Positions 39,731 through 51,619 of a DNA stretch of 64,000 nt are shown here, in pieces (positions within the stretch are counted from its first letter, which is position 1; every line of letters begins with the position of its first letter). The translations under genes were made by a program, and so were the position numbers. The notes under the pieces are model-generated. The model made no database searches and was not told the origin of the DNA. It saw only the letters and a program-made list of their open reading frames with translations. This stretch comes from Hypanus sabinus (taxonomy: Eukaryota), in assembly GCF_030144855.1 (NCBI RefSeq), contig NC_082731.1:21948001-22012000 (forward strand). Direction: 5' to 3'.

Positions 39731-40814
39731 TGGCATTGATAAAAATACCTTGATAAAATCTCTTCAATCATTTGCTTCAAAGGGAATGAATATCTAACCT
39801 ATTTAATCAATCTCCAGAAACCAACAAATTATCTCTGTACTACTTCAAATAAACGAAAATAGTTTTCCCTCTAGTTTGGTGACGGAAGATGTACAAAATA
39901 ATCAAAATAGGCCTTATCAATGCCTTAGATAATTTCAGCATAACATCCCAAGAGCTCTACTTAAAGCATTGATTTATGAGGCAATTTGCCTCGTATATAA
40001 ATTATTTCCTCGTATTATCAGAATATTTTCTTTTATCGAAATACTTCTTACCGCTGTACTATGAGTAAAATAGCTGGTACTTCCACTGTGCAACAACTCA
40101 TACGCGTCAGTATATTCAATGTACCATCTTCAGCCCAATTTTCCAGCTGGTACAGAATCCGCTGCATGCTTTGGTAGTGTCCCCGGAGCGTGCCGCTTCT
40201 CTAACTTTGGTGTAGTCCTAGAATTTTGCTGATTCAGAGTACCACATGACCATGTTTGTTGATGTAATTCATAAACAACAATGGAAAGAGCAGTGATTGC
40301 TGCTGCACTGTTTTAGTCAGAGTCTCAAACATCAACTGCCACCCTCTGCATGCTTCCATACAGTCAATGTATAATCTAATTTACAAATTCATCTTCAGCT
40401 CCAGGCCACTTAAGCGTCGTGGTAAACCTCCATGCAAGTGCTTGTACAATGACTCTCTCATGGTCAAATGGTTACGATCCACTACCTTCTATTCACCATC
40501 ATTCTTGGTAACTTCGTCGTCGAGCTATATTACATTGGTTAGACACGACCTATCATGTACACACCAATGCCGAATTTTCTTAAACAGTCCCCAACTAACA
40601 ATGGATCCGCATATATCCAATGACTCAGAGTAGCTTTCATGGGATTTGGCCTGGAGTGGTGTTGTATTCACCGACTTATAACTTTCAGTTTTTTTTCTCA
40701 GACCATTGCATAAAGAGAGAAGGAATATTGACTCTCTTCTAACACCCATCCAGGAACTCATTTACCGCACAAGATGTCCTAAATGTGAACAATCTCTTCT
40801 CGAGTTTCAACCCA

Positions 40815-40880
40815 GGATAGTGCATCAATTTTCACCGACGTTTCGATTACAGACTCAGGCATCTTCATCAGGAATTATCC
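40815..40880 (-). ncRNA. Degenerate type I hammerhead ribozyme motif
   Basis: GGATAATTC-CTGATGA-agatgcctgagtctgtaatc-GAAAC-GTCGGT gaaa ATTGATG-CA-CTATCC. The core, a stem III hairpin and the GGATA/TATCC stem I arms are present, but the cleavage triplet is GCA rather than NUH. Confidence 0.5.
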
Positions 40881-40909
40881 CGAGTGATGTCTAGTCGCAT
40901 GGGTACATT

Positions 40910-41435
40910 TGTAATACCCTGGGAATTGTTTCATTGTTAACGGAATAGTCTTTTTGTAGAAGCCGTATTTGTGTTATGGCTAGAGATAATGGATGTTTTG
41001 GACTGTGAACTGGGACATTTCTTCGTCTGGAAGAGAATGGAAAGTCGTTGTAGAGAACCTGTCGTGAGATATGACCTGGTGGGGAAATCGTGATTAGTTG
41101 GAGCCAGTCGCCAGATCTACTGAGGATCGCTTACTTGAGCTCCACCTAATGCAGAATTTACTGTAAACTTATAATGAACCATTTTTTTTTTAATTTTGAT
41201 TTTCCTTTCTTTTCTTTACCTACACTTCCGTTAAGAGTCATAAATACAACCTTTTTCATCTTATGCAGTGTGCTTTCGGTTGTTTCTTGCCTCTGAGTTG
41301 GAACAGAGTATCAAATCACATCATCCATAAACCGGTGTTTGGGATAGGAGAGCTGGCTGAATCTCGTGTGTTTGGTTATATTGGGCAGTGTTTTCACTAG
41401 AAATTTGCAGTCAAGGAAATCAGCGGTGTTTCACA
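40910..41435. mobile_element. Solo LTR-like element (paralog at 51771-52291)
   Basis: Starts TGTAATACCCTGGG, ends TTTCACA, at the same insertion point in both duplicate copies. Confidence 0.6.
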
Positions 41436-41919
41436 TATAACCTGGTCTTCTGTCCCTGTAGATTTGTTTGTCCTCACCCAGTCAGGTCTTGATTATCCCA
41501 TCTTTACATTCGAATACCAGTTTTTACTTAAGCGAGACATTCACCATTGTTAAGGTTATTATTTGCCCCGCCTTATTTCAATTGTTTCTTTCATTAGACG
41601 GTGTTAGATGCGATTGGTGCAGCACGGGAGGTTTTTGCATTGAAGTCAATCTATGTCCTTGCGTATGTTCGAAGTTCCTGAAATTAGTTTTCAACGAACA
41701 CCGCCTTCTACTAAAATACACCGCTACCCAGTCACAGCAAACCCTGAAACTGCCTGCCGTGCTGTGCCACAAGTTAACTTTGGTGCGCATATGCTGTGCT
41801 TGGACTTCCTCACGAGTTTGGAGATGGCATTATTCCAGTATTTCTTCTGGATACTGGCGACACTTGAAGAAACAGAGGAAATATGGGAAAGACAGGCAGC
41901 AGTCACTGGATTCTTCTTG

Positions 41920-42420
41920 TTGTGAAATTGGCAAGCCGGTACGCCCGATGCGAATGGTCATCAAGGAGGATCGTTGATACATCACTATGGGCTACCCGGG
42001 GAAGAAAGCGGTAGCAGAACTTTCATTACGTAATTGCCATAGGATTCATTTCCATGGTATAAAATTTCTGTGCCAAGGCAGTGGCTTTTGTTCCACCTGG
42101 TTTCTGAAGTCATTGAATTAATAGCAAATTAAAACATAATTTTAACGAAGACGAAGATGCCCCAGTAAGTAAGAAGAGGAATCCGATTATAAACAATGCA
42201 GTACTTCCAAATCAGATCGATGTACGAGTATTAAAAAAGAGGAGGGAAGAACAACCGAAATATGTATACTACCAGACCAGAATTACCTCGGAATTATCTA
42301 TGATGAAGTTAACAGAGAACTTAATTGAAACTTTGTTTAAAATAGATGCCTGTGAAGAGTTTATTCGGGAATTAAGCCAGGAACTCACCAGTTTATCTTT
42401 ATTCGTGACTTAAATATATT
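41920..42420 (+). mobile_element. Second Penelope-like 3' segment in opposite orientation
   Basis: IGKPVRPMRMVIKED..MGYPGKKAVAEL..HRIHF (compare YIGQTGR..RIKEH..SAVAEH). A decayed ATGATGA..TGAAAC core at about 42300-42335 and a gaagagtttattcg tail. Confidence 0.65.
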
Positions 42421-43125
42421 TGCTAAGGTCAATGAAGTTACTGTTCATGCCTCCCGCAGTCACTTGAATTACACCCGACGGGTACTGGAGATTCATACAC
42501 GCTAATTTGTCTCAAGACGGCCAACAACTCTTCCTCTGTAATCATTTAGGGTGCCCACCTCGCTACTGCCTTACCTTACGGTCCTTCTCCGGAGTAAATA
42601 CAGATACAAAAAAGAAACAAAACAACTTAAGATTCCCCGCCCCCTCCTTTTTCCTCCACGCATAGATTATCAACCTGAAGTTCCGGAATGCTAACATTAT
42701 CTTTTCAACGCTTTATCTCTGAGGTTCTGTGAAGAAGGCCCAAGGATTCTGCTTTCCCTTCTTCGCTAGAACAACCACATGCTCTTTTAGCGTCCGAACC
42801 TGATTTCCTTCCTACGTCTTATGTTACATTTTCTACTTCCCACAAGTATTTAGTTTCTTCCTATGTACCTCTTTTTTTTCTGAATTCGGGCCGCAATATC
42901 TCCGAAAACCGGGTGTTGTTGAAGTTGTACTCATTGTTATTTATTCGGATAGGCATATTCAAGTTTGTAACTTCAAACATTTTACATTTATAAGGCTCCC
43001 ACTTACCAAATTCACCTATACCAGTCTTGATCTATCAACTTCATAATTGTGTTGGAACTAATGGCATTACTATCACTAGATGCAGCGTTCCCCAAAGCAA
43101 ACCACTATCAGTAGCCATGTGCCTT

Positions 43126-43510
43126 TTTTTACAATATTTTTATTCATATCAACATGATAAGATTAATACATAGTTATTGGGATTACAAAATTACAAAATT
43201 ACAAAACTAAAATGAACATAAAATGATACACAAACAATAAATAAAATATAGTTGTCTTCCCAAATCATGAATGATACAACTGTCATATAAATGTAACAGC
43301 AAAATAAAAACTAGGTATATCATGATGAAAAAAAAAACAGAAAAGAGAAAAAGAGAAAAGAAAATATTATTGCCCTAAGAAAAAGTAATCTAACAAATTA
43401 ACCACAAACTAATAAAAGAAAAAAAGGAAAAAGGGAAGGAAAAATGGGCTGTTTATAGTATCTATAAAAAGACAAAAAATCATCAGTGTCCCAAACTCCG
43501 ATCTTCTCAA
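43126..43510 (-). mobile_element. AT-rich LINE-1/Tx1-like 3' fragment, copy A only
   Basis: Begins with a T-run and aatatttttattc (polyA tail/signal on the minus strand), is A-rich on plus, and is absent from copy B. Confidence 0.45.
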
Positions 43511-44219
43511 CATGTAGCCATGTATCGTTCCAATCAAACACTTTTATTGCCTTCTTCAATGTTACTGTTCACCATCTCATTTTAATTGACCTCATACCTG
43601 ATGTCCATTTACTCTGAACGCTAATGACAATCTAATCTAAGGTCTCTTATGAAGTTGACAATCTATCCCTTGGAAGGCCAGACCATTACATAACATTCCA
43701 ATTCAATATCATATGCTGTTCTTCGTTTATTTTCAAATGGCACTTCCATAAATTCAAACACATGTTAGATTTTATTAAATGTGCTCAGTAAAGTTTCATA
43801 AACGATAGAGGGTTCGATACTGGATTTTCCAGTATGGAATTATACAGGCCGGCGTCAGAAGCTCTCTTCACAGTTGAGTTCACCAGTTGCAGAGCAGTAC
43901 GATTTTCAAATTTATGAGAATATATACTAGCGAAGCCGAAGGGAGGTTGGCTTCAGTTATATCTTAACGGATACGATCATCGAGCGGCAAGTTTTGTTTA
44001 AGGTTTTTGATGGTATATATTTTAACATAGTTGCCCTCCACTTAATTCTAGGCAGCAAACACGCATGGAGCTTCTGTTTTGGTGGCATAGTTACCCAAAA
44101 CAAAGCATTGGGCTTCCTGTTGCGTTTTAATTAAGCAGAATCTCCTGCCTCTGATATCTATCTACACTGATACTGTAAATATTCCAGCGGGATCCAGAAC
44201 TTCTGGACCAGGAAAACAG

Positions 44220-44865
44220 CTTCGCCGAGAAGAAAATAAACAGTAGATAATAGGTGCAGGAGTCGCCCATTCGGCCCTTGGAGCCAGCACCGCCAATCAC
44301 TCCTATCATGGCTAATAATCCACAATCAGTACCCGGTTCCAGCCTGCTCCCCATATCCCTTGACTTCGCTATTTTGAAGAATCTATCTAACTCTTTCTTG
44401 AAAACATCCAGATAAATGACCTCCACATCCTTCCCAGTAGGAGAATTCCATAGATCCACAACTCTCTACTTGAAACAGTTTTCCCTCAACTCCTTTCTGA
44501 ATGTCTAACCCCTTATTCTTTCGCTGTGGCGTTGTTATCGACAACCCCAACATCGGGACAAAGATTCCTGTCTCTGGCGTGCCTAATCCATTAATAATTG
44601 TATATGTTTCAATCAGATCCCCTCTCATCATTCTAAATGCCAGTGTATACAAGCACAGTCGTCCCAATCTTTCAACATATGACAGTCCCGCCATCCCGTG
44701 AATTAACCACGTGAAATTACGCGGCACCCCCTCAATAGCAAGCATGTCTGATCTCAAATCTGGAGACCAAATTTGTACACAGTACTCCAGGTGTGGTCTC
44801 ACCAGGTCCCTCTACAACTGCAGAAGGACCTCCTTGCTCCTATACTCAACTCCCCTATTTATGAA
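44220..44865 (-). mobile_element. CR1 3' fragment, copy A only
   Basis: RPHLEYCVQIWSP..AIEGVPRNFTWLI..LSYVERL..LAFRMMRGDLIETY. Confidence 0.9.
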
Positions 44866-45090
44866 CGCCAACTTACCATACCGATGTAGCGTTCAGTTGA
44901 TGGTCTACAATACAGTGTAATTATCCCCAATGAGTCGAGCCAAACGGTCCTCCTGCCTGTTTCTGAAACGGAGCTGTGAATCTCAACACTATTATTCCGT
45001 CTGTAATTCAACTGGCACAGCAAGTGCTGCTGAAAGCTTGCAATAAACTCTCTGCGTTCCAGAACTGATGCAGCTGTAAAGTGGTGAAAG

Positions 45091-45129
45091 CTTTTTTTTA
45101 CGGGGGCCGTCGCGTTTTGCCGGACTGTG
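45091..45129 (-). other. 23-RSS of the 45-kb V segment, weakened nonamer
   Basis: CACAGTC (45123-45129), 23 bp, AAAAAAAAG (45091-45099). Confidence 0.9.
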
Positions 45130-45581
45130 CGACTCAATTGCACAATAATACACGGCTGTGTCCGCGGCTTCGATTCGCTCGTTAGTAAATTGGCCGCGAC
45201 TCTCTGCGGTAGAGGGATCAAATTTGAAACGACCGTTGTTTTCTCTCCCAGATATTTGAAGCTTTATTATGTACTCAAGTGTCTGATTGGAATTCTGTCG
45301 ATACCACATCATGGAATAGATGCTAGATGTGTCATAGGTGCAGTTTATCTGCACGGAATCACCCGTCAATGCGATTTTGTCAGACGGAGACTGCAACACT
45401 ACTTCCGAGAGACATCGGCCTGTAAACCAAAAAAAAAAGTCGAACCATCTCAAGTGAACGTTAAACTGGTATAAGCAACAGCAGATGAAACGAGGCTCAA
45501 GATTGTACAACACTCTTTGCACTTACCGATTAACAGCGCTAGGCAAAGATGAAATCGTTTCAACTTCTCTGAGCTGATCAT
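45130..45581 (-). CDS. TRAV: T-cell receptor alpha-type variable segment (open frame; functionality doubtful)
   Basis: Leader 45581-45527 MISSEKLKRFHLCLALLI with G|GTAAGT. 107-bp intron. Exon 45419-45130: (G)RCLSEVVLQSPSDKIALTGDSVQINCTYDTSSIYSMMWYRQNSNQTLEYIIKLQISGRENNGRFKFDPSTAESRGQFTNERIEAADTAVYYCAIES. Symbol is family-level only. Confidence 0.92.
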
Positions 45582-46377
45582 TTTTGTCAGTACAGCCCAC
45601 CGAGTAAGCGGCAGCGTCACAGTAAACTTCTTGAGGCTTTTGAACGAGTGACAGCACTCTAGATGATGTGATTATTTCTCAGGGATTGGCTGCGTATATT
45701 AAATTTTGGCTCATGGCGTATTAACTCTGCGTGGGCGTGCTGAAATGAACAAGCATGAGAAGGAAAGCATAAAGACACATACATAACTAACTGATCAACT
45801 CCTGTCAACACTTGGTTCTCTGTAGATGTGACAAGGCTCCAGAAACGCATCTAAATAAATGAATTGAATTGGAATTATTGGTTACATTCTTCATTTACAC
45901 GAGGAGTAAAAATCTGTACATTACTTCTCCGGCTAAGTGTGCAATGTGCAATTTTTGTAATTTATAATAAATTGATACAATGAAACCCAAGCGCCAATCT
46001 ACGATACTGCATCAGACGTCCATCAGTCCGTAGTCGAAGAATCGCACGATTCCAGTGTGACAGTTGTATTCGATTTACAGCAGTTCGATCCATTGTTAAT
46101 CAATGAATGGTGGCACTGTCAATTGGTGTCAGAGATATTACATTGTCTTCCGACAAGTGATCAAGTGGGCAATGAACTCAACTCATTTCTTTTCCTGCAA
46201 TGGGAGTTGCAATAATTATGTGCATTTAATACATGCAGACAGGTTACAAAGGAATCGAGTGATATGGAGACTTAGAGATTAGCATTCCAGAAGAACTTAC
46301 TACAACAATTGATATGCTACTGTGCAATACCTTGGAGGGCAGCTTTTCCAGGGAGCCGTGTAAAATGCAGCAGTTCA

Positions 46378-46416
46378 TATCATATCATATCATATCATAT
46401 CATATCATATCATATC
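46378..46416 (+). repeat. (ATATC)n microsatellite
   Basis: About 7-8 tandem catat units. Confidence 0.95.
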
Positions 46417-48035
46417 TGACTTGCAGTTCCATGTTCCGTATTCGTAATAATTCTGAAATGAGACAAGGAAAAAGACGAGATATCCTCTCCAAAATTACTC
46501 TGGAAATTGCTTACGAATGATGTGCGTTCAAGTAAGTTACTGGCACTGCATTCCGAACTACAGAGTATTTAAGCTAAGTCATTTAAGCTAGGCAGACACT
46601 TCATTACAAACAGGGGTTCTGTTACGCTTCTCGAATGTAGTGCCAACGAATCAATGCGCGTTCATAAGCAGCAGCACCATTTAAACAGAGAACTTCAGTA
46701 ACGAAATGATTTGGGGAGCCCTGATTAACTGAACGGTTACATCTAAACAAATGTGTTCCAAATTCACAACAATTAATGATAAAATTCCTTTGGCTTTTCT
46801 TAAAACTTCCTTTCTTGAGGAATATTATTTTACAGCACTACACATAAGTGTTCCGATTTATCTGTCTCAATGATTTGTAGAGTACAACCATAAAAAAGCC
46901 AGCCCAACAATTAATCCAACATACTTGTGTTGAGCCGAAAGCTCTCCGATCGCATTATTTCATTAATTTAAGCAACCGCAATTTAGTTAATAAAAAACAT
47001 AAATTAATCAACGACCCCAGTTGGCATAATAGACATACTTAGGTGCCTAAAAGCCAGGAAGAGGCCCATCAGGTCGATTTATATTTTCCTTTCAGAGTGG
47101 CAGAATATGTCCATTTGCTTATGATTGACATTTGCTGGGACAAAAAGAGTGCATCAATGAAATTCTGTGTCCCTCTCAAAATGTTAACTAATTTCTCACA
47201 TCGCTCTTTCTCCTGCTTTATGAGGAATAAAAACTTTCGCTATTGATTATATGTATTGAGGCTATTTAGGCCTTTACATTTCCCTTGCCAGGATAGCTGA
47301 TTCCATATTTGCTCCCGACAATTATATTTACCTTTTATTAGCATTCTTCTAATATATTTTATATATCTATGCATGAGTTGATTGCTGTCATAATGGACTC
47401 GGGGGAGAATTCTAAGGGTAAATTTGGAAGGTCTTTGAACACAGGTTGAATCATCACATCAGGAAAGAGAGAACAGATTATATTGATCACAGATTACACT
47501 GAATAACGTTATTTCACCAGAAGCTATTGAAAGTTGTTGACCAACCAAAAGAGTGCTGAGGATACAAGTACTGAAAGTTTATATGTCAAAAAATCATGTA
47601 AATTTCTATTTTGGATTTTAGGATGCCCGATTCTGGAATTTTGATCGTTAGCTTCACTTTCTCCAAATGTTTTTGTTGTTCTTGTTTTCATTTTTCTAAG
47701 GGCACCTGCTTACAACATGATTAATGAACTGCAACAGTGCTCTGAATGTTGTCTTGTCGAAGGTCATTCTTTTCACATATTAATTTCCATCGTATTGAAC
47801 CTCATTCGTGTCTACATCTCACCATCTATTTGCTGTCTCTACACTGGCGTCCCCCTCCCCATCATAACACATGTGTCACTTTAAATCTCCCTTTATTTTT
47901 CTCGAAATATAATTTCGAGGCACTGTCTCCCAAATCGGATAATTTTACTGGTGTACATAATTTTATCTTGCAGTCAGCCCCTCGTCAGCTATCTGTCTTG
48001 CATCGCCCTTTCTCTTTCCCAGAAAGTCTGTCTTC

Positions 48036-48101
48036 CAGTTACAGTCGTGATCCGGGGTTCCTGTTCCAAAATATTGAATATAATATCTTACCTCCACAAA
48101 T
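48036..48101 (-). pseudogene. J-segment-like relic
   Basis: ATTTGTG heptamer-like (48095-48101), then 59 nt encoding YYIQYFGTGT and, after a 1-nt shift, RITTVT plus G (phase 1). No nonamer at 12 or 23 bp, and the donor position reads GAAGA rather than GT. Confidence 0.4.
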
Positions 48102-51100
48102 GCTTCCTTTTGATGTCTGCTAGTAGAATTATTAAATCGGCCCCAAAATGACATAAAGCAAAACTTTGTTTTTATCTCGGTGCTCAACGAATTTGAGCCC
48201 ATCCTGTACCTCAAAGTCTATGGCCCTTTTGTTGTAACTCATCAGGATTGTCACACTTCTTCCCGGTTTCAGGGATAAAACCTATGTACTTTCGACCTTT
48301 CATTCTGGTTAGAATTTCCAGGACTGCATATTTTCTTTGTTAATATCCTGTGCGTCAACCGCATGACATCGTGTAATATTGTGAAGGAACTACACGACAG
48401 AGCAGGAGTTTACTACCAGGTTTTGATGAAAAATACTAGCAAAAGCGACAAGATTATGAGAGACATAGATGGAGTAGACGGGGTGCCTTTGTTGTGATAA
48501 AACTCTAATGCGCATTAAAAATTAGCGGAGTTAGTTGCAAGGGGAATAGAAGAGTTCATTTTTGTTTATGTAAAGAATGAACAATGACTAGTATGCGCCG
48601 TACGGCATGGTGTAAGGGACAAATACATTAGAGTGTTTCCGGAGATATTAAATAGGCACATTAATGTACGGAATATGGAGGAACATACTCATTATGTAGG
48701 AAAGAAAGAATAGTTATAGCTGTTTTGGCGCAAAACTGTGGACAAAAGAGTTTGTTCCTTTGCCTAACTGTTTCAAGTTCATCGTTATATCCACACAATA
48801 CCGGGCACCGTGGCGTACAGGTTAACACAACATATAATTTATTGGCGACGGGGCTCAATTGCAAGCGCTGCCTCAAAGGATGCTTACGTTCTCCCCGTCA
48901 CTGCGTGAGTTTCCTCTGGATGATCAGATTTCTCCCATAGTGTAAACGACTTATAGGCTTTTATGTTAAATGATCATTATAAATTGTCCCGTGATGATAC
49001 AAGCATGTGATCGGGCAGTTGGCAGTTGTTGTGGTTCGAAAGGTGGGACCGTCATACTTCATTGCGAAGGGAATGAATGAATGATTGAATGAATAAATGA
49101 ATGAATGAATAAACAAAAAAAAAAACAAACAAATACATAAATAAATAAATAGAAAGATGAATCGATGTTTATGTGATTCCAATAAGGTGCAGAATTTCGG
49201 TCTTCCATGATCCAGATGTACGAATTCAAATGCGGGCTGTACACTAAATTATTGGTGACTAAAGTTACTACAGAAACTGAAAGCTGCAGAGAAAAACCGT
49301 CTCCCGTTTTGAGGCACTGCATCGTTAAAAACAATTTAAAGAGGGAAAAATGTCAGTATAAACTGGAGAATTGCAGAGGCTAGAAAGAATACCGATAGCA
49401 TTTCATATCATGTGGAGCGTACAGTAATACACAGGTATTATTAGTTAGCGGATTCGCTAGCAGAAATGGGAGATATTGTAAGATGCATTGCAAATGCAAG
49501 CAGAGATAAGAGAAACATTTGGTAATGGGAATTCGTAGTCAGTTTCTGATTTCAATACTGAAGAAAAGAATCATTTGACTCACCGGATTCATTAGTTCAT
49601 CCGAATTTCCTTGGCTACATTTACCTTCCAAAGCACTATATATCAATTTTCCTCCGATCTCACCTGTTTGGTATATGTGTCATATTCTAAATTTATGACG
49701 ATGTCTCTCCGTGCTGAGCCGTGCATAGCTTATATTTATATGATTGAGTACTTTTAACATAGTGTGGTCATGTGAGGATTGTGTACTTTGATGGTGATTC
49801 ACTTGGCCTCTGAGGTGTGATGAGCATCTGCTCCCTGCCAGCAAAAGACAGAAGAGGGTGCAATATGCTACAACTTATACGCGTTATTGCAGACAACTAT
49901 TAAGCAGTTGTAAATAATAGCGGGTTCACGATAGAAATTCCAACGAAGTATCTCACACTTGAAATATAAATAAGATTCCACATCGCAAAGATGAAGTCTG
50001 ACCTGATGAATGTCTCCTGCATGTTATTTACGTAGAATATCAACGTGAAAAAAAAGCATTACATGGACTGGCACTCTGTCAACGACGATAAACAGAGAAA
50101 ATTCAAATACAAACGGCCAATTAAACTAACTGATTTGGTCTTGTTGCTGTTATCCACCTGACATAATACCCAGCATTCAATCGAAACGTCTCGTCATTGC
50201 CCACCGATTTGTATAGTTAATACCAATACCAGAGCATATCCCAGGCACAACTCTCCGTGGAAAATGGAGTTTGCACCACACATTAAATCAGACAGACACA
50301 GAGACACAGAAAAATGCAAAACAGAGTGGGTTGGTTTGGCCCATCCAGTTCGGGCCAACCTAGCAGCCTGCACCCGGACCTTTGACTCCAACACCCCCAC
50401 CATACAAATCTCATCAATCACTTGTACTGATAACTGGTTCCATGATATAACCAACATCCAAGTGAAGAATTTTACACTCATTATCCTTGAAAGCATTTTG
50501 TAGTTATCCTTTATTCTCTCATTGTTCTCATTGTTCTCTCATTGTTCTCTCAAACAACCTTAGCTAAATAACCTGTCTGAATTTCCCTATCTGTACCCCA
50601 GACAATTTGTATACCTTGACAATATCTCTCGTCAATCTTCTGCTTTATAGGGAACAGATATCTAACCTATTTAATCCATCCCCATAACCCGATAAATGAT
50701 CCCTGTACTGCTTCAAACAAACGTATATTTGTGTTTCTTCTAGGACGGTGATCTAAGCTGCACACAATAATAATGAAATTAGGTCTTATCAAAGTCTGAG
50801 ATAACCTCAACCTAACATCCCAGGTTCTGTACTTAACACATTGATTAATGAGGCAATGTGCTTCATATATGAATTACTCCTCTGTATTCTCAGATAATCC
50901 TGTTTTATCGAATTCCTTCTAGCCACAGTTCTACGTGTAAGGTGGTTTGTCCATCCACTGCGCAACAACACACACGCGTCGGCATAATATGTATTGTGGC
51001 ACTTTCAGCCCATTTTTCCAGCCTGTCCAAATCACTCTGCATGCTTTGGTAGTCCACCTCGTTGTCTGCTCGTCCATTAATTTTGGTGTCGTCCGCAAAA

Positions 51101-51619
51101 TTGCTGAGATATTATATCACATGATCATGTGACTGTTGGTGGAAATGATAAACAACAACGGATTGAGCAGTGATCATTGCTGAACTCCTCCAGTCAGCGA
51201 ATCAAACGCTCACTACCACTCTCTGCCTGCTCCCATACTGTCAATGTATAAGCCAATTTAATACTTCACATCGAGCTACAGGCAACTTTACCGCCGTGGG
51301 AATACTCCATACATGTCGTTAAAAATGACTAGCTAATGATCACTCGACACACTGCCTTCATTCACGAACATTTATAGTAAATTTGTCGACGAACTATATT
51401 ACATTGGTTAGACACGACGAACGGTGCACAAACCCATTCCGATTCTTCTTAATTAGTCCCCGTCCAACAATGGGCACTCATATATCCGGTTTCTCAGAAT
51501 AATTCCCATTGAATTTAGCCTGGACTGGTGTCATCTTCACCGACATAATTTCCTAGCCTTTTCTCAGAGCGTTTCATGCAGATCGTTGCAACAATATCTA
51601 TCCTCTCACAACCATCCAG

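Larger units (their letters stand above)
40745..41910 (-). mobile_element. Penelope-like element 3' part (GIY-YIG endonuclease and terminal repeat), split by a solo LTR
   Basis: STAGSFRVCCDWVAVYF and EHTQGHRL resemble PLE xAGVYxIPCxCGxxYIG and AEH..GH. Terminal repeat carries a CTGATGA...CGAAAC core. Confidence 0.7.
34540..45950. repeat. Segmental duplication copy A (paralog of 49765-55950), containing a V gene
   Basis: Collinear similarity: 34560-35420 with 49765-50600, 39740-43080 with 50610-53945, and 43500-45900 with 54070-55850. A-specific insertions at 35.43-39.73, 43.13-43.5 and 44.2-44.87 kb. Confidence 0.85.

Noticed and set aside
48806-48832. CACCGTG-13 nt-CACAACA resembling a D segment
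   Set aside because: No nonamer on either side at 12 or 23 bp.
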